64,000 bases of DNA from an uncultured Thermoleophilia bacterium (lineage in GTDB: Bacteria > Actinomycetota > Thermoleophilia > UBA2241): contig CAVQSP010000012.1 in NCBI GenBank assembly GCA_963715985.1, forward strand, positions 15,839-79,838, written 5' to 3'. Positions 11,990-22,796 of this stretch are shown here, piece by piece. Position 1 is the stretch's first letter. Each line of letters starts with the position of its first letter. The position numbers were made by a program, and so were the translations under genes. Under the pieces are notes generated by a model, which was not told the origin of the DNA, ran no database searches, and was given only the letters and a program-made list of their open reading frames with translations.

Positions 11990-12865
11990 CTACAGCGCCG
12001 GGCTGAGCGTGGCCGCGTAGGCGTCGGCCAGATCGCCGGCGGCGGTGCACACCAGGTCCGCCACCTCAGCGAGACCGCGCTGTCGCAGGCGCCACGTGGG
12101 GCCGATGATGTTGACGCCGGCCTTGGGCTCGAGGCCCGGGACGGCCGAAGAGACCGCCGTGACGCCCGGCTCCACGGCGTCTTCGACGATGTGCGCGCAG
12201 GAGGCATCGCGGAAGGCGGCGCCCACGCTCGTGCCCACGAGCGGCACGCGCCGCCCCACCCAGCCGCGGCAACGCAGCTCGAAGTGGCTCTCCACCTGGT
12301 CCATGTAGAGAGCCTGTCCGGAGTCCTCGACGATGAGGCTGGCCGTCTCCGCCGTCTCGTCGCGCAGGCGCACGAGCACCGGCCGCGCCGTGAGCTGCAG
12401 CCGCTCGGCCCACCCCACGCGCGACGCCATGCTGACGAAGCGCAGCCCGAGACCGAAGGTGCCGTCGTACCCCGGCATGACAAGGCCGTGCCCTGCGAGC
12501 GCGACCAGGGTGCGCTCCACGAGGTCGCGGGGCAGTTCGGCCTGCTGCGCCACGTCCTCCGCGCCCAGTCTGCCGCCGCCACGCTCGAGCGCTTCCAGCA
12601 CGGCCATGCCGTGGACGAACAGGAGGCTGTCCGAGCGCAGGTCGAGCAGGCGCTGCCCGGGCGCCCAGCCCGCGTCGCCGGGGCGGCACACGAGGTAGCC
12701 GCGCTCCTCGAGCACACGCAGGAGCTTGTACAGGCTGGACCGCGGGATGTCGCAGGCTGTGCCGATCTCTGCGGCGGTGGCGGGAAGCCCCTGCTGGCCC
12801 ACGAACTCGAGGACGTCGAGCGTCCGCGTGGTGGCCCTGATGGGCTGCCCCTCGTCACCCTGCAT
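11990..12865 (-). CDS. IclR-family regulator with two tandem HTH domains
   Basis: RTLDVLEF...IPRSSLYKLL, second HTH ELPRDLVERTL, then ETASL and GRRVP effector domain. Confidence 0.85.
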   Translation of the reverse strand: MQGDEGQPIRATTRTLDVLEFVGQQGLPATAAEIGTACDIPRSSLYKLLRVLEERGYLVCRPGDAGWAPGQRLLDLRSDSLLFVHGMAVLEALERGGGRLGAEDVAQQAELPRDLVERTLVALAGHGLVMPGYDGTFGLGLRFVSMASRVGWAERLQLTARPVLVRLRDETAETASLIVEDSGQALYMDQVESHFELRCRGWVGRRVPLVGTSVGAAFRDASCAHIVEDAVEPGVTAVSSAVPGLEPKAGVNIIGPTWRLRQRGLAEVADLVCTAAGDLADAYAATLSPAL

Positions 12866-13000
12866 GTACGTGTCCGTCACCTGGCTCCCGTGCTCCGCGG
12901 GGACCGGCTGCGGCGACGACCCGCAAGGGCGCGCGCGTGGTCCCGATTGCACAGCATGAAAGCAGCGGCGCCGGGCACGCGCAAGGCCCGCGGGCGCCGC

Positions 13001-13016
13001 GTCTTGGATGCTGGAC
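13001..13016. promoter_or_regulatory. Operator variant GTCT-N8-GGAC between the divergent iclR genes
   Basis: gtcttggatgctggac. Confidence 0.55.
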
Positions 13017-13061
13017 GGTGTACGAGCGGCGGCCGGCAGGCCGCCGTCCTGGGAGCGCACT

Positions 13062-13090
13062 TTGCAGCGCGCCGCCGCGCCCGCTATCCT
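13062..13090 (+). promoter_or_regulatory. Sigma70-type promoter for the second iclR
   Basis: TTGCAG-N17-TATCCT. Confidence 0.5.
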
Positions 13091-13177
13091 GAGCCGCACG
13101 TGGCCCTTGGAGCGGTGCGTCTCGCGAGCCGCCACGAGGGCCGGCCGTGAGCCGTCGCGCGCGAGGGAGTCCCAGAC

Positions 13178-14047
13178 GTGTCTCAATCCCGATCGCCCAG
13201 CCCGGATGTGCCCGAGACGTCCGCCACGCGCGCCCTGGACGTGCTCGAGTTCCTCGCGCGCCGCACCTCGCCGGCCCCGGCCGCGATCATCGCCTCGTCG
13301 TGCGGCGTCCCCCGCTCCAGCCTCTACGCGCTGCTGCGGGTGCTCAAGGCGCGGCGCTTCGTCGTCTACCACGAGGACCAGAAGACCTGGAGCCTGGGGC
13401 CGGCGGCGCACGAGCTCAGCGCCGCGGCGCCGCTCTTCGCCCACGGCCTGGCCGTACTGCACGCCTTCGCCACCACGTCCAGACGCCTCACGCCCCGCGA
13501 CATCGCGGCCGCGAGCGGCGTGCCGCGCTCGGTCGTGGACCGCATCGTGCCGCTGCTGCAGGAGAGCGACATGCTGCACTCCGAGGCCGACGGCACCTAC
13601 ACGCTCGGCCTCGAGCTCGTGAGCCTGGCCTCGCGCGTGGCCGCCGTGGACTCGCTGCGCATTCTCGCGCGCGGGCCGCTCATGCAACTGCGGGACGCCA
13701 CACAGGAGACGGCCAGCCTCATCGTCAAGGACGGCGACCACGGCCTCTACGTGGACCAGATCGAGAGCCGCTACGTGCTGCGCATCAGCAGCTGGGTGGG
13801 GCGGCGCGTGCCTCTGGAGAGCACGGCCACCGGCGCCGCCTTCGCCGACCCGAGCCGTGCTCACTTGGTGCGCGAGGCCGTCGAACCCGGCGTCACGGCC
13901 CTGGCCCGGGCTCTGGACATCGCGGAGCCGCAGGCCGCCATCAGCGTCCTCGCGCCCACCTGGCGGCTGCGCGAGTTCGGCGAGGGCAGAGCGACGGAGA
14001 TCATCGAGGCGATCGCACGGCGCATCTCGGCCGCGGCGCGCAAGTAG
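13178..14047 (+). CDS. IclR-family regulator with two tandem HTH domains (paralog)
   Basis: RALDVLEF...VPRSSLYALL, second HTH GVPRSVVDRIV, ETASL, WVGRRVP. Confidence 0.87.
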   Translation: MSQSRSPSPDVPETSATRALDVLEFLARRTSPAPAAIIASSCGVPRSSLYALLRVLKARRFVVYHEDQKTWSLGPAAHELSAAAPLFAHGLAVLHAFATTSRRLTPRDIAAASGVPRSVVDRIVPLLQESDMLHSEADGTYTLGLELVSLASRVAAVDSLRILARGPLMQLRDATQETASLIVKDGDHGLYVDQIESRYVLRISSWVGRRVPLESTATGAAFADPSRAHLVREAVEPGVTALARALDIAEPQAAISVLAPTWRLREFGEGRATEIIEAIARRISAAARK

Positions 14048-14111
14048 CCGGAGCGGCTCCGGGCCGGCTCCGGCGGTGCGACAGGCGCGCCGCGCCCGAG
14101 AGCGGCGGCGC

Positions 14112-15926
14112 TCAGCCCCGGCAGCTCGCGGGCAGGACGGGGGTGTCCGCCAGGAGCTGCCTGGTGTACTCCTGCTGGGGATCGTCGAGCACTTCGTCCA
14201 CGAGGCCGTGCTCGACGATGACGCCCTCGCTCATCACGGCCACCTCCTGCGACACGCTGCGGATGAGCGCCAGGTTGTGCGTGACGAACAGCATGCTCAC
14301 GCCCAGCTCTGCCTGCAGCTGCGCCAGCAATTCGATGATGGCCGCCTGCACCGAGACGTCCAGCCACGAGGTGACCTCGTCGCAGATGAGCACAGTGGGC
14401 TCGGCAGTCAGGGCGCGCGCGATGGCGATGCGCTGACGCTCGCCGCCGGAGAGCTGCTCCGGGTAACGTCCGAGCAGCGAGGAGTCGAGCGCCACCTGGT
14501 CGAGCACCTTGATCATGCGCGCCTCGCGGGCGTCCTTGTCCAGCTTGAAGAAGATGTCGATGGGCTGCGCGAGGATCTGACGGATGGTCTTGCGCGGGTT
14601 CAGCGAGCTGTACGGGCTCTGGAAGATGTACTGGATGTCGCGCCGCTCCTCGCGCGAGCGCCCGCGCGACTCGCGCGCCAGCGGCTTGCCGCGCAGCCCG
14701 ATGTCGCCCTCGATCTTGAACGGGTGCAGACCGGCGATGCAGCGGGCCAGCGTGGTCTTGCCGCTGCCCGATTCGCCCACGAGGGCGAGACAGCGATGCT
14801 CGCAGAGGGAGACGCTCACCGAGTGCAGCACTTCCTTGTGCTGGTAGAAGGCCTTGACGTTGTCGCAGTTGATGATCGTCTTCTCGTCGACGGCGCACTC
14901 GGCGTCGGCCCTGATCAGGAACGGCGCCTCGCTGGTGGCCGGCCGCGCCTTGACCTCCTCCCAGCGCCAGCACCGCACCTGGTGATCGGGGTCCGGGCCC
15001 TCGGCCGGCGGGAAGTCGGTGGCACACTTGTCGATGCGCCAGTCGCAGCGCGGCGTGAAGGCGCAGCCCTGCACGCGCTGGCCGGGGCGCGGCGCCCATC
15101 CGGGGATGCCGTGCAGGGCGCGCTCGCCGGAGATGTCCGGGATGGCGTCGAGCAGCCGGCGCGTGTACGGGTGGTACGCGCCGGCGAACAGCTCGTCCTT
15201 GGGGCCGATCTCCACCAGGCGGCCCGCGTACATCACGGCGATGCGGTCGGCCAGGTTGGCCACGACCGCGAGGTCGTGGGTAACGTACAGGGCCGACACG
15301 CCGTAGGAGCGCGTGAGGTCGCGCACGGTATCCAGGACGTGCGCCTGCGTGGTCACGTCCAGCGCCGTGGTGGGCTCGTCCAGCACGATCACGCGCGGCC
15401 GGTTGGCCATGGCCATGGCGATGACCACACGCTGCTGCTGGCCGCCCGAGAGCTGGTGCGGGTAGCGCCGCATGAAGGCCCTGTCGCTGGGCAACAGCAC
15501 CTCGGCCATCATCTCCTTGAGACGGGCCTCACGCTCCGCCGAGGAGGCGCCGAAGTCGTGCGCGTTGAGGATCTCCATGAGCTGGTCGCCGATGCGCAGC
15601 GCCGGGTTGAGCGAAGCCGAGGCGTCCTGAGGCACGTACGAGATCAGGCCGCCGCGAATGCGCCGCAGCGAGGAGCCCTGCGCGGAGAGCACGTCGGTGC
15701 CGGCGATGTCGATGCGGCCCTCCGACACCTTGGCGCCGCGCCGCTGGTAGGCGAGCAGCGACGTGGCGGCCGTGGTCTTGCCCGAGGCGGACTCGCCGAC
15801 CAGGCCCAGCACCTCGCCCTCGTGGATGGCGAAGGAGACGTCGTCGTCGATGTCGATGCCCGACGGGTCGAGCACGATGCGCAGATCGGTGACGTTGAGG
15901 ACGATGTCGTTCTGCGGATCGCTCAC
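14112..15926 (-). CDS. Peptide-type ABC transporter ATP-binding protein (two ATPase domains)
   Basis: GESASGKTT/LSGGQQQR and GESGSGKTT/LSGGERQR. Confidence 0.92.
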   Translation of the reverse strand: MSDPQNDIVLNVTDLRIVLDPSGIDIDDDVSFAIHEGEVLGLVGESASGKTTAATSLLAYQRRGAKVSEGRIDIAGTDVLSAQGSSLRRIRGGLISYVPQDASASLNPALRIGDQLMEILNAHDFGASSAEREARLKEMMAEVLLPSDRAFMRRYPHQLSGGQQQRVVIAMAMANRPRVIVLDEPTTALDVTTQAHVLDTVRDLTRSYGVSALYVTHDLAVVANLADRIAVMYAGRLVEIGPKDELFAGAYHPYTRRLLDAIPDISGERALHGIPGWAPRPGQRVQGCAFTPRCDWRIDKCATDFPPAEGPDPDHQVRCWRWEEVKARPATSEAPFLIRADAECAVDEKTIINCDNVKAFYQHKEVLHSVSVSLCEHRCLALVGESGSGKTTLARCIAGLHPFKIEGDIGLRGKPLARESRGRSREERRDIQYIFQSPYSSLNPRKTIRQILAQPIDIFFKLDKDAREARMIKVLDQVALDSSLLGRYPEQLSGGERQRIAIARALTAEPTVLICDEVTSWLDVSVQAAIIELLAQLQAELGVSMLFVTHNLALIRSVSQEVAVMSEGVIVEHGLVDEVLDDPQQEYTRQLLADTPVLPASCRG

Positions 15927-16870
15927 GTCGTCCCCGTGTTCCTGTCGATGCCCATCATCGCCCGCGCCAGTCCATCGGCCATGAGGTTGGTGCTGATGGT
16001 CAGGGCCGCGATGAGGACGACCGGCGCGATGACCGCCCACGGCTGCACCGTGATGGCGATGCGGTTCTCGTTGATCATCAGGCCCCAGTCAGCGGCCGGC
16101 GGCTGCATGCCGAAGCCCAGGAAGGAGAGCGCGGCGATCATGATGATGGAGTAGGTGAGGCGCAGGCCGAACTCCACCAGCAGCGGGCTGCTGATGTTGG
16201 GCAGCACCTCGATGAAGAGGATCTTGCGCCGCGGCACACCGACGGCCGCCGCCGCCCTGACGAAGTCGCGCGCGGTCAATTCCACGGTGGCGGCGCGGGT
16301 CACGCGGGCGATGCGCGGCATGTGCGAGATGCCCACCATGAGCACGATCAGCCAGAGCTTGGGTCCCACGATGGAGACGAACAGCATCGCCAGCACCACC
16401 GACGGGAAGGCGAGGACCACGTCGAGCATGCGCATGATGCTCTCGTCCACCCAGCGGCGCGCGTAGCCCGAGATGAGGCCGAGGCTGACGCCCAGCACGA
16501 TGCCGATCACGGTGGCGGCGATGCCGAGCACGAACACGCTGAGGCCGCCGTACAGCACGCGCGTCAGCACGTCGCGGCCGAGGAAGTCGGTGCCCAGCCA
16601 GTAGGTGGAGCTGGGCAGCGAGAACGGCGGCCCGACGAACTCCGTCGGCGAGTACGGCGCCACGTAGCGCCCGAACAGGGCGATGCACAGCAGCACCATG
16701 AACACCGCGAAGCCGATCTTGGTGCGCCGCAGGTGCCAGGCGTCGATGATCGTCTGCACCCACTCGCGGCGCCCCCTGGCGACCAGCGGGACGGCATCGA
16801 GGTTCTCGAGAGGCTCGAGCGTCCCGAGCGGCTGGAGAGGATCGAGGCTGGCGTCGTCGCTCTGGCTCAT
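15923..16870 (-). CDS. ABC transporter permease (DppC/OppC type)
   Basis: LGTDFLGRD, LSFLGFG, DWGLMI. Confidence 0.92.
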   Translation of the reverse strand: MSQSDDASLDPLQPLGTLEPLENLDAVPLVARGRREWVQTIIDAWHLRRTKIGFAVFMVLLCIALFGRYVAPYSPTEFVGPPFSLPSSTYWLGTDFLGRDVLTRVLYGGLSVFVLGIAATVIGIVLGVSLGLISGYARRWVDESIMRMLDVVLAFPSVVLAMLFVSIVGPKLWLIVLMVGISHMPRIARVTRAATVELTARDFVRAAAAVGVPRRKILFIEVLPNISSPLLVEFGLRLTYSIIMIAALSFLGFGMQPPAADWGLMINENRIAITVQPWAVIAPVVLIAALTISTNLMADGLARAMMGIDRNTGTT

Positions 16871-17835
16871 CGCAGTCCCGTCCGCAGCCGCGGGCTGATG
16901 AGGATGGTGAGGATGTCGGCGATCAGATTGAGCACCACGTACACCGCGGCGATGAGCAGCACGAGCGCCTGCACCACCGGCATGTCACGGTTGGCCACCG
17001 CGTCCACCAGCGCCGAGCCGATGCCGGGAAAGCCGAAGAGGTACTCCACGGTGACGATGCCGCCGGCCAGCCAGGCGATGTTGATGGCGATCACCTGGAT
17101 GGTGGGGACGATGGCGTTGGGCAGGGCGTGGTGCCACAGCACGCGCGACTCCTTGAGGCCCTTGAGGCGCGCCATCATCACGTACTCGCTCTCCAGCACT
17201 TCGATGGTGGAGGCGCGCAACATGCGGCTCACGTAAGGGATCACGGCGAGGATCAGCGTGACCACCGGGAGGATGAAGAGGTCCATCTGGCCGCTGAGCG
17301 GCGCCCGCGAGTCCACGTTGGAGACCGAGGGCAGCCAGCTGAACACCGTGGTCGCAAAGATCAGGACCAGGACGATGCCGATCACGAACTCGGGCAGCGC
17401 CGCGAGGCTCAGGTTGGTGATGTTCATGGCGTTGTCGAACTTGGAGTCTCGCCACACGGCACTGAAGGCCCCGATGAGGATGGAGATGGGGATGCTGAAC
17501 AGCGCCGCCAGCGACACGAGGATGGCCGAGTTGATGACGCGCTGCTTGAGCAGCTCGGTGACCTTGGCGCCGCCGCCGACGAGGGAGTTGCCGAGGTCGC
17601 CGCGCACCACGTCGCCGAGCCAGCCCGTGTACTGCGAGACGACCGGCTTGTCCAGGCCTAGCTCCTTGCGCAGCGCCTCGTAGCGCACCTTGTCGGCGGA
17701 GTCCTTGCCGAGGATGGCCTTGGCCGCGTCGCCGGGCAGCGCCTGGGTGGCGAAGAAGACCACCACGGAGACGAGGAACAGCGTCAGGATCCCCAGGCCG
17801 AGGCGGATGAGCAGGAGTTTGAGCAGAGGGGGCAC
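16867..17835 (-). CDS. ABC transporter permease (DppB/OppB type)
   Basis: PGDAA, GDLGNS, ARLKG...HALPNA, EYLFGFPGIG. Confidence 0.92.
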   Translation of the reverse strand: MPPLLKLLLIRLGLGILTLFLVSVVVFFATQALPGDAAKAILGKDSADKVRYEALRKELGLDKPVVSQYTGWLGDVVRGDLGNSLVGGGAKVTELLKQRVINSAILVSLAALFSIPISILIGAFSAVWRDSKFDNAMNITNLSLAALPEFVIGIVLVLIFATTVFSWLPSVSNVDSRAPLSGQMDLFILPVVTLILAVIPYVSRMLRASTIEVLESEYVMMARLKGLKESRVLWHHALPNAIVPTIQVIAINIAWLAGGIVTVEYLFGFPGIGSALVDAVANRDMPVVQALVLLIAAVYVVLNLIADILTILISPRLRTGLR

Positions 17836-17929
17836 TAGATGATCCTGGGTGAGAGCGGTGGGCGCCGGGCGCCCCGGCCGAGAGGCCGGGGCGCCCGGTC
17901 ACACCGGGAACAGCCGTCAGACGGCTTGC

Positions 17930-19591
17930 TCAACCGAAGTAGGCCAAACGATACCGCGCGTTGCTGGCGCAGGAGCCGAGGCCCGAGTAGTCGGGCACCA
18001 TGCCCATGACCGTCGGGGCCATCGCGTCCACCTGATTGTCGAAGGCGTAGACGATGTAGGCGCCCTCGTTGTACTCGATGGTGGCGGCCTGCGTGATCAG
18101 GTCGTTGCGGGCGGCGTCGTCGACCGTCTTGTAGGCCTCTTTGACGAGATTCATGTACTCCTGGTTGGTCGGCGCCCAGTGGGTCTCGTCGTAGAGCGCG
18201 CCGGGCATGGTGCCCATGCCGGTCTGGGCCAGGTACCCGCGGGTGCCCCAGTTGTCCATGGCGAAGCCCCACTTGAGGTACTGGTCGCCCCAGAACACGT
18301 CGCCGGTGACGTTGTCCACCTTGACGGTGACGCCGGCGGCCTGCGCCTGCTGCGCGAACACCGTGGCCGCGGAGGGGGCGTTGTTGCTGACCGAGGTCGA
18401 CGTGACGAGCTTGACCGTCATGTTCTCCTGGCCGGCCTGCTTGAGCAGCGACATGGCCTGCTCCAGATCCTGCTCGCGCTGCGGCAGGTCCTTGGGATAG
18501 CCGGGGTCGAACGGCCCGTACATGTCGTTGCCGAGCCACTGCAGGCCGTCGGCGCCCTGGGCGATCATCTGCGGGCGGTCGACGATGAGGCGGAAGGCCT
18601 GGCGCACGCGCACGTCGTCGAACGGCTTGACGTCCACGTTCATCGTGAAGGGGATCCACGAGCCGGTCTTGGCTTCGAGCAGCACGTTGCCCGCGCCGGT
18701 GGCGATCTCGCGCTGCGCACCGGGGATCATGTTGACGTAGTCGACCGCGCCGCCGAGCAGGGCGTTCATCTGTGCCGTGGTGTCGGCGAACTCGATGATG
18801 GAGAGCTGGTCGACGTATGCGCCGCCGTCCTGGCGCCAGTAGTTCTCGTTGCGGGCCATGACGCACTGCACGCCCGGCTGGAAGTCGCCCGGGGCCGCGA
18901 GCTTGAACGGGCCCGTGCCGATGACGCCCTCGCCGCCCTTGGGGTCGTAGCCCACCGGGACGACGGCCGCGCTGTAGGTGGCCAGCGCCTCCTTGAAGAT
19001 CGCGTTGGCCTCTTCGAGGTTGAACTGCACCGTGAGGTCGTCGATCTTCTTGGTGCCGCCCGGCGCGAGGCCGCGCAGCTGCGCCGCGGCGAGGCCGGGG
19101 CTCTTGGGGTTCATGATCCGCTCGAAGCTGAAGACCACGGCGTCGGCGTTCACCGGCGAGCCGTCGTGGAACACCAGGTCCGGCTTGAGCTTGATCGTGT
19201 ATTGCGTGCCGTCCGCATTGGGCTCGAGGGACTCCGCGAGCGCCATCCCGAGCACGCCCTCGTTGCTGTACTCGAGCAGCGAGTCGTACAGGTTGAAGCG
19301 CATGTCCATGGACTGCATGGTGTAGGCGGTGGCGTGCGCGTCCAGGTCCTCCTTGGCGGAGCCCTGGCCGGCGGCCACGCGCAGGTGGCCGCCCATCACC
19401 GGCGTGCCGGCGGCGGCAGACGACGAAGCCGCCGGGCTCGCGCTGGAACTGGAGCTGCTGCTGGAGCCGCACGCCGCGGCGGTCGTGCCGAGCGCCGCGA
19501 CCGCCCCGACCGCGGCTGCGCCCTGCAGGACCTGGCGCCGAGTGATCTCCTTGGACAAGAATCCCAGATCTTCGCTGTCTCGTGTGCTCAT
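17930..19591 (-). CDS. Family-5 solute-binding lipoprotein with Tat signal
   Basis: ITRRQVLQG twin-Arg, AAAC lipobox, FHDG, GTGPF, VRQA. Confidence 0.9.
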   Translation of the reverse strand: MSTRDSEDLGFLSKEITRRQVLQGAAAVGAVAALGTTAAACGSSSSSSSSASPAASSSAAAGTPVMGGHLRVAAGQGSAKEDLDAHATAYTMQSMDMRFNLYDSLLEYSNEGVLGMALAESLEPNADGTQYTIKLKPDLVFHDGSPVNADAVVFSFERIMNPKSPGLAAAQLRGLAPGGTKKIDDLTVQFNLEEANAIFKEALATYSAAVVPVGYDPKGGEGVIGTGPFKLAAPGDFQPGVQCVMARNENYWRQDGGAYVDQLSIIEFADTTAQMNALLGGAVDYVNMIPGAQREIATGAGNVLLEAKTGSWIPFTMNVDVKPFDDVRVRQAFRLIVDRPQMIAQGADGLQWLGNDMYGPFDPGYPKDLPQREQDLEQAMSLLKQAGQENMTVKLVTSTSVSNNAPSAATVFAQQAQAAGVTVKVDNVTGDVFWGDQYLKWGFAMDNWGTRGYLAQTGMGTMPGALYDETHWAPTNQEYMNLVKEAYKTVDDAARNDLITQAATIEYNEGAYIVYAFDNQVDAMAPTVMGMVPDYSGLGSCASNARYRLAYFG

Positions 19592-19776
19592 ATCCGCTCC
19601 CCCTTGTGCATGACAGTCATCGGTCGAATGCTGCGGCGGCCAGAACGAGAGTGCCGGCGAAGGAAACGGAGCGCCCACGCCCCCCACGTGGTACACGAGG
19701 ACGGGACCGCCCTTCTTGCCGTATCGCGCATCATACGCGGATTCGTTGCGCCTTGGGACCCGCGAAGGGGCCCGCG

Positions 19777-19792
19777 GTCCAGGATGTCGGAC
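19777..19792. promoter_or_regulatory. GTCC-N8-GGAC operator upstream of the ABC operon
   Basis: gtccaggatgtcggac; minus-strand TATGAT -10 at 19730-19735. Confidence 0.65.
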
Positions 19793-19824
19793 ACGTTTTG
19801 CGGCCCGACGGGCGCGTGAGGCGC

Positions 19825-20664
19825 TCAGCGCCCGGCCCAGAGCTCCGCCGCCGTGAGGCCGAGCTCGTCCTCCACGGCGGCGCGGTAGGCGGCGATGGCG
19901 CGGCGGGTGACGGGGCCGGGTGGGGCGTCGAACACCCGGCCCTCGATGGCCGCGACCGCCTGGACCTCGCGGCCCGCGCCGCCCAGGAACGCTTCGGCGG
20001 CGGCGAGCGCGTCGCCGGTGCGGCACACGCGCTCGTCCACGTCCAGGTGCCGCAGCATCAAGCGCCGGGTGATGGAGTCCAGGATGCCCTCCGTGAGTGG
20101 CGGCGTGCACAGGTCACCCTCCGGGGTGACCCAGAAGAACGCCGCCTGCTGCACCTCCATCACGCGACCGTCCGGCGTCGTGAGCAGCGCCTCACTGAAG
20201 CCGCGCTCCTCGGCCATCCGCCGGGCCAGCATGTTGCCGGCGTAGGCGAGGCTCTTGGAGCCGCCGAGCACGAGCCTGGGCACGTCGGTGACGAAGGCCA
20301 ACCGCACCGGCGGCCAGTCGCCGGTGGGCTCCAGGAACACGATGCGCCGGCCGCCCCGCGTGAGCACGATGCGCAGGCCGGCGGAGACTGGTCCGGCCCA
20401 TGCGAACACGGCGGCGATCTCCGCCTCGCAGCCGTTCGCGAGGGCAGGACAGCCGCAGCCGGCCGCACGTCCGCTCCAGGCGGTCCAGGTGCTCGCCGAG
20501 CGTGAACGGCCGGCCCAGGTAGCAGCGGATGTACTCGAAGGCGCCGTCGCCGCGCAGCAGGCCGTCGTCGTAGAGCGGCACCGTGGCCGTGGCCGCGTCG
20601 CAGAGCACACCGTCCACCGATGCCGGCATGCGCACACCGCCGGGCCCGAGAGGGGCGGCGTCAC
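19825..20664 (-). CDS. PLP-dependent class IV aminotransferase (D-amino-acid/ADC lyase-like), frameshifted
   Basis: DDGLLRGDGAFE, HLDRL, SKSLAY, ILDSITR split over ORFs 20192..20671 and 19825..20664. Confidence 0.8.
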   Translation of the reverse strand: MTPPLSGPAVCACRHRWTVCSATRPRPRCRSTTTACCAATAPSSTSAATWAGRSRSASTWTAWSGRAAGCGCPALANGCEAEIAAVFAWAGPVSAGLRIVLTRGGRRIVFLEPTGDWPPVRLAFVTDVPRLVLGGSKSLAYAGNMLARRMAEERGFSEALLTTPDGRVMEVQQAAFFWVTPEGDLCTPPLTEGILDSITRRLMLRHLDVDERVCRTGDALAAAEAFLGGAGREVQAVAAIEGRVFDAPPGPVTRRAIAAYRAAVEDELGLTAAELWAGR

Positions 20665-22796
20665 CCGGCATCAGCGCCCGGCTCGACCTTCTCCACGCGC
20701 ACCTCGACGGACTTCATCAGCGGGAACCCGCTCACGGGGTCGAAGCGGTCGTCGTGCGTCACCAGATTGATGTTGGCCTGCGCCCAGCCGTGCGTCACCT
20801 GCAGGCTGCCGCGGCGGATCTCGTTGGGCGCCATGACCTTGACCGGCACGTCCACGGACGCCGATGCGCGATGTGATCCTCACGAGGTCGCCGTCAGCCA
20901 CCTTCAGCGAGGCGGCGTCGTCCGGGTGCATCTCCACCTCGGGGCCGGGGATGGCGGTGAGAAAGCGTGGGATGTTGCGGAACCTGCTGTGCATGTACAG
21001 CAGCTTGCGCGCCCCCGTGATGAGGACGAAGGGGAACTCCGGGTCGGGCGACTCCAGGTACGCGGGCGAGCGGTACACCGGCAGCTCGTCGAAGCCCCAG
21101 CCCGCCGAGGTACGCCGACACGAACTCGATCCTGCCCGAGGGCGTACCGAAGGTGAGCTCGTCCTGCTCGCGCTCGCCGCCCGTGCCCGCCTCGCCGCCT
21201 CCCTCGCCCGCGCCGGCAGCGTCGCTCGCGGCGCCCGCGCCGGCGTACACGACGCCCTCGGGATGCGCCGCCAGGTCCTCGTAGGTGAGCCCCGACGACT
21301 CGAGCAGCCAGCGGTTGAGCGCGGTCTCGTCCTCCCAGGGGAAGAAGTCGGCGGCGCCCAGGCGCGCGGCCAGGTCGCGCCAGAACTCGTACTCGCCCTG
21401 CACGTCCGGCAGGCTGAGGACCTGGTTGGTGAGGGTGATGACCTGGTGCTTGGCGTGCGCGTGCAGCTCGGTGCGCTCGAGGAACGAGGCGGCCGGCAGC
21501 ACGTAGTCCGCCAGGGCGGCCGTCTCCGTCATGAACAGGTCGCGGACCACGAGCAGGTCGAGGGCCTCGAACGCCTCGCGGATGCGCGTGGAGTTGGCGT
21601 TGGTCACCACCGGGTTGGCGCCGGTGACGATCATCGCCCGCAGCGGGTAGGGGTCGTCGTGAAGGATGGCGTCCACCGCACTCATCGTGTGGCACTCCTG
21701 GCGCAGGTCGTAGAGCACGGGGAAGCGCTCCGCGCCGATGGGGCCCAGCTCGCGGAGCGGGAGCTCGTCGTACACGGTGAGCTCGCGCAGCGCCGGCGCC
21801 GCCTTGAAGCGCGTGCCGCCGGCTTGGCCGATGGTGCCCAGCAGCGCGTCGAGCATGGCCACCGCGCGGATGTTGTTGACGCCGTTCTCGTGGTGCTCGA
21901 GACCGTTGCCGGCGTACAGAGCCACGCGCGGGGCGGCGGCGGCCATGGCGCGGGCCATCGCCCGCACGGTGGCCGCGTCCACGCCCGTCTCGCGCTCTAC
22001 CACCTCGGGGGTGAAGGCCTTGGCGTACTCGGCCGACCTGCGGGAAGCCGAGCGTGTATCTGGCCACGAACTCCTTGTCGTAGGCGCCGCTCTCGATCAG
22101 CAGGTGGACGATGCCCCACGCCAGGGCGCCGTCGGTGCCGGGGCGCACCGCCGCGTGCAGGTCGGCGCGCCGCGCCATGGCCGAGAGGCGCGGGTCCACC
22201 ACGATGAGGGTGGCGCCTTTGCGGCGCGCGTCGCTGACGTAGCTGGTCATGTTGGGGTGCGCGTAGGGCAGGTTGGCGCCCCAGATCAGCACGCACTCGG
22301 CGTTCTCCAGGTCCGGCGTGGGCCAGCCGCCGTCCACCAGCGTGAAGCCCGCGTACCGGGCCGCGAAGCACTGCGAGTCGTTGGAGAAGTAGTTGGGGCT
22401 GCCGATGGCGTGGATGAAGCGCCGCGCCAGCGTCTCCTGCTGGCCGAAGCCGATGGCCTCGCCCTTCCACACGCTGAGGCTGCGGAGACCGTACTGCTCG
22501 CCGATCGCCACGAGGCGCGCGGCGATCTCGTCGAGCGCCTGCGCCAGCGGGATCTCCTCCCAGCCGCCTTCGACGCGCTTGAGCGGCGCGAGCAGGCGGT
22601 CCGGGTGATAGACCATGTCGACCGCGGCGCGCGCCTTGACGCACAGGCGGCCGCGGTTCCAGGCGTGGTGCTCGTTGGCGGTGATGTCGACGATGCGCCC
22701 GTCCTCCAGGTGCACCTCGATGCCGCAGCGGTCGTCGCACATGCGGCAGAGGGTGCGCACGGTCGTGCGTTCGGCGGCCACGTCAGCGCTCCCCAC
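20661..22796 (-). CDS. Molybdopterin (DMSO reductase family) oxidoreductase catalytic subunit, several frameshifts
   Basis: CRMCDDRC...LCVK FeS motif, WGAN, VDPR, PGTDGA, GANP, MTETA..AD, C-terminal molydop-binding domain (MHPDDA); no Tat leader. Confidence 0.85.

Noticed and set aside
20661-22796. Selenocysteine in the Mo enzyme
   Set aside because: The likely ligand position is Cys, and the breaks are frame changes rather than an in-frame TGA.
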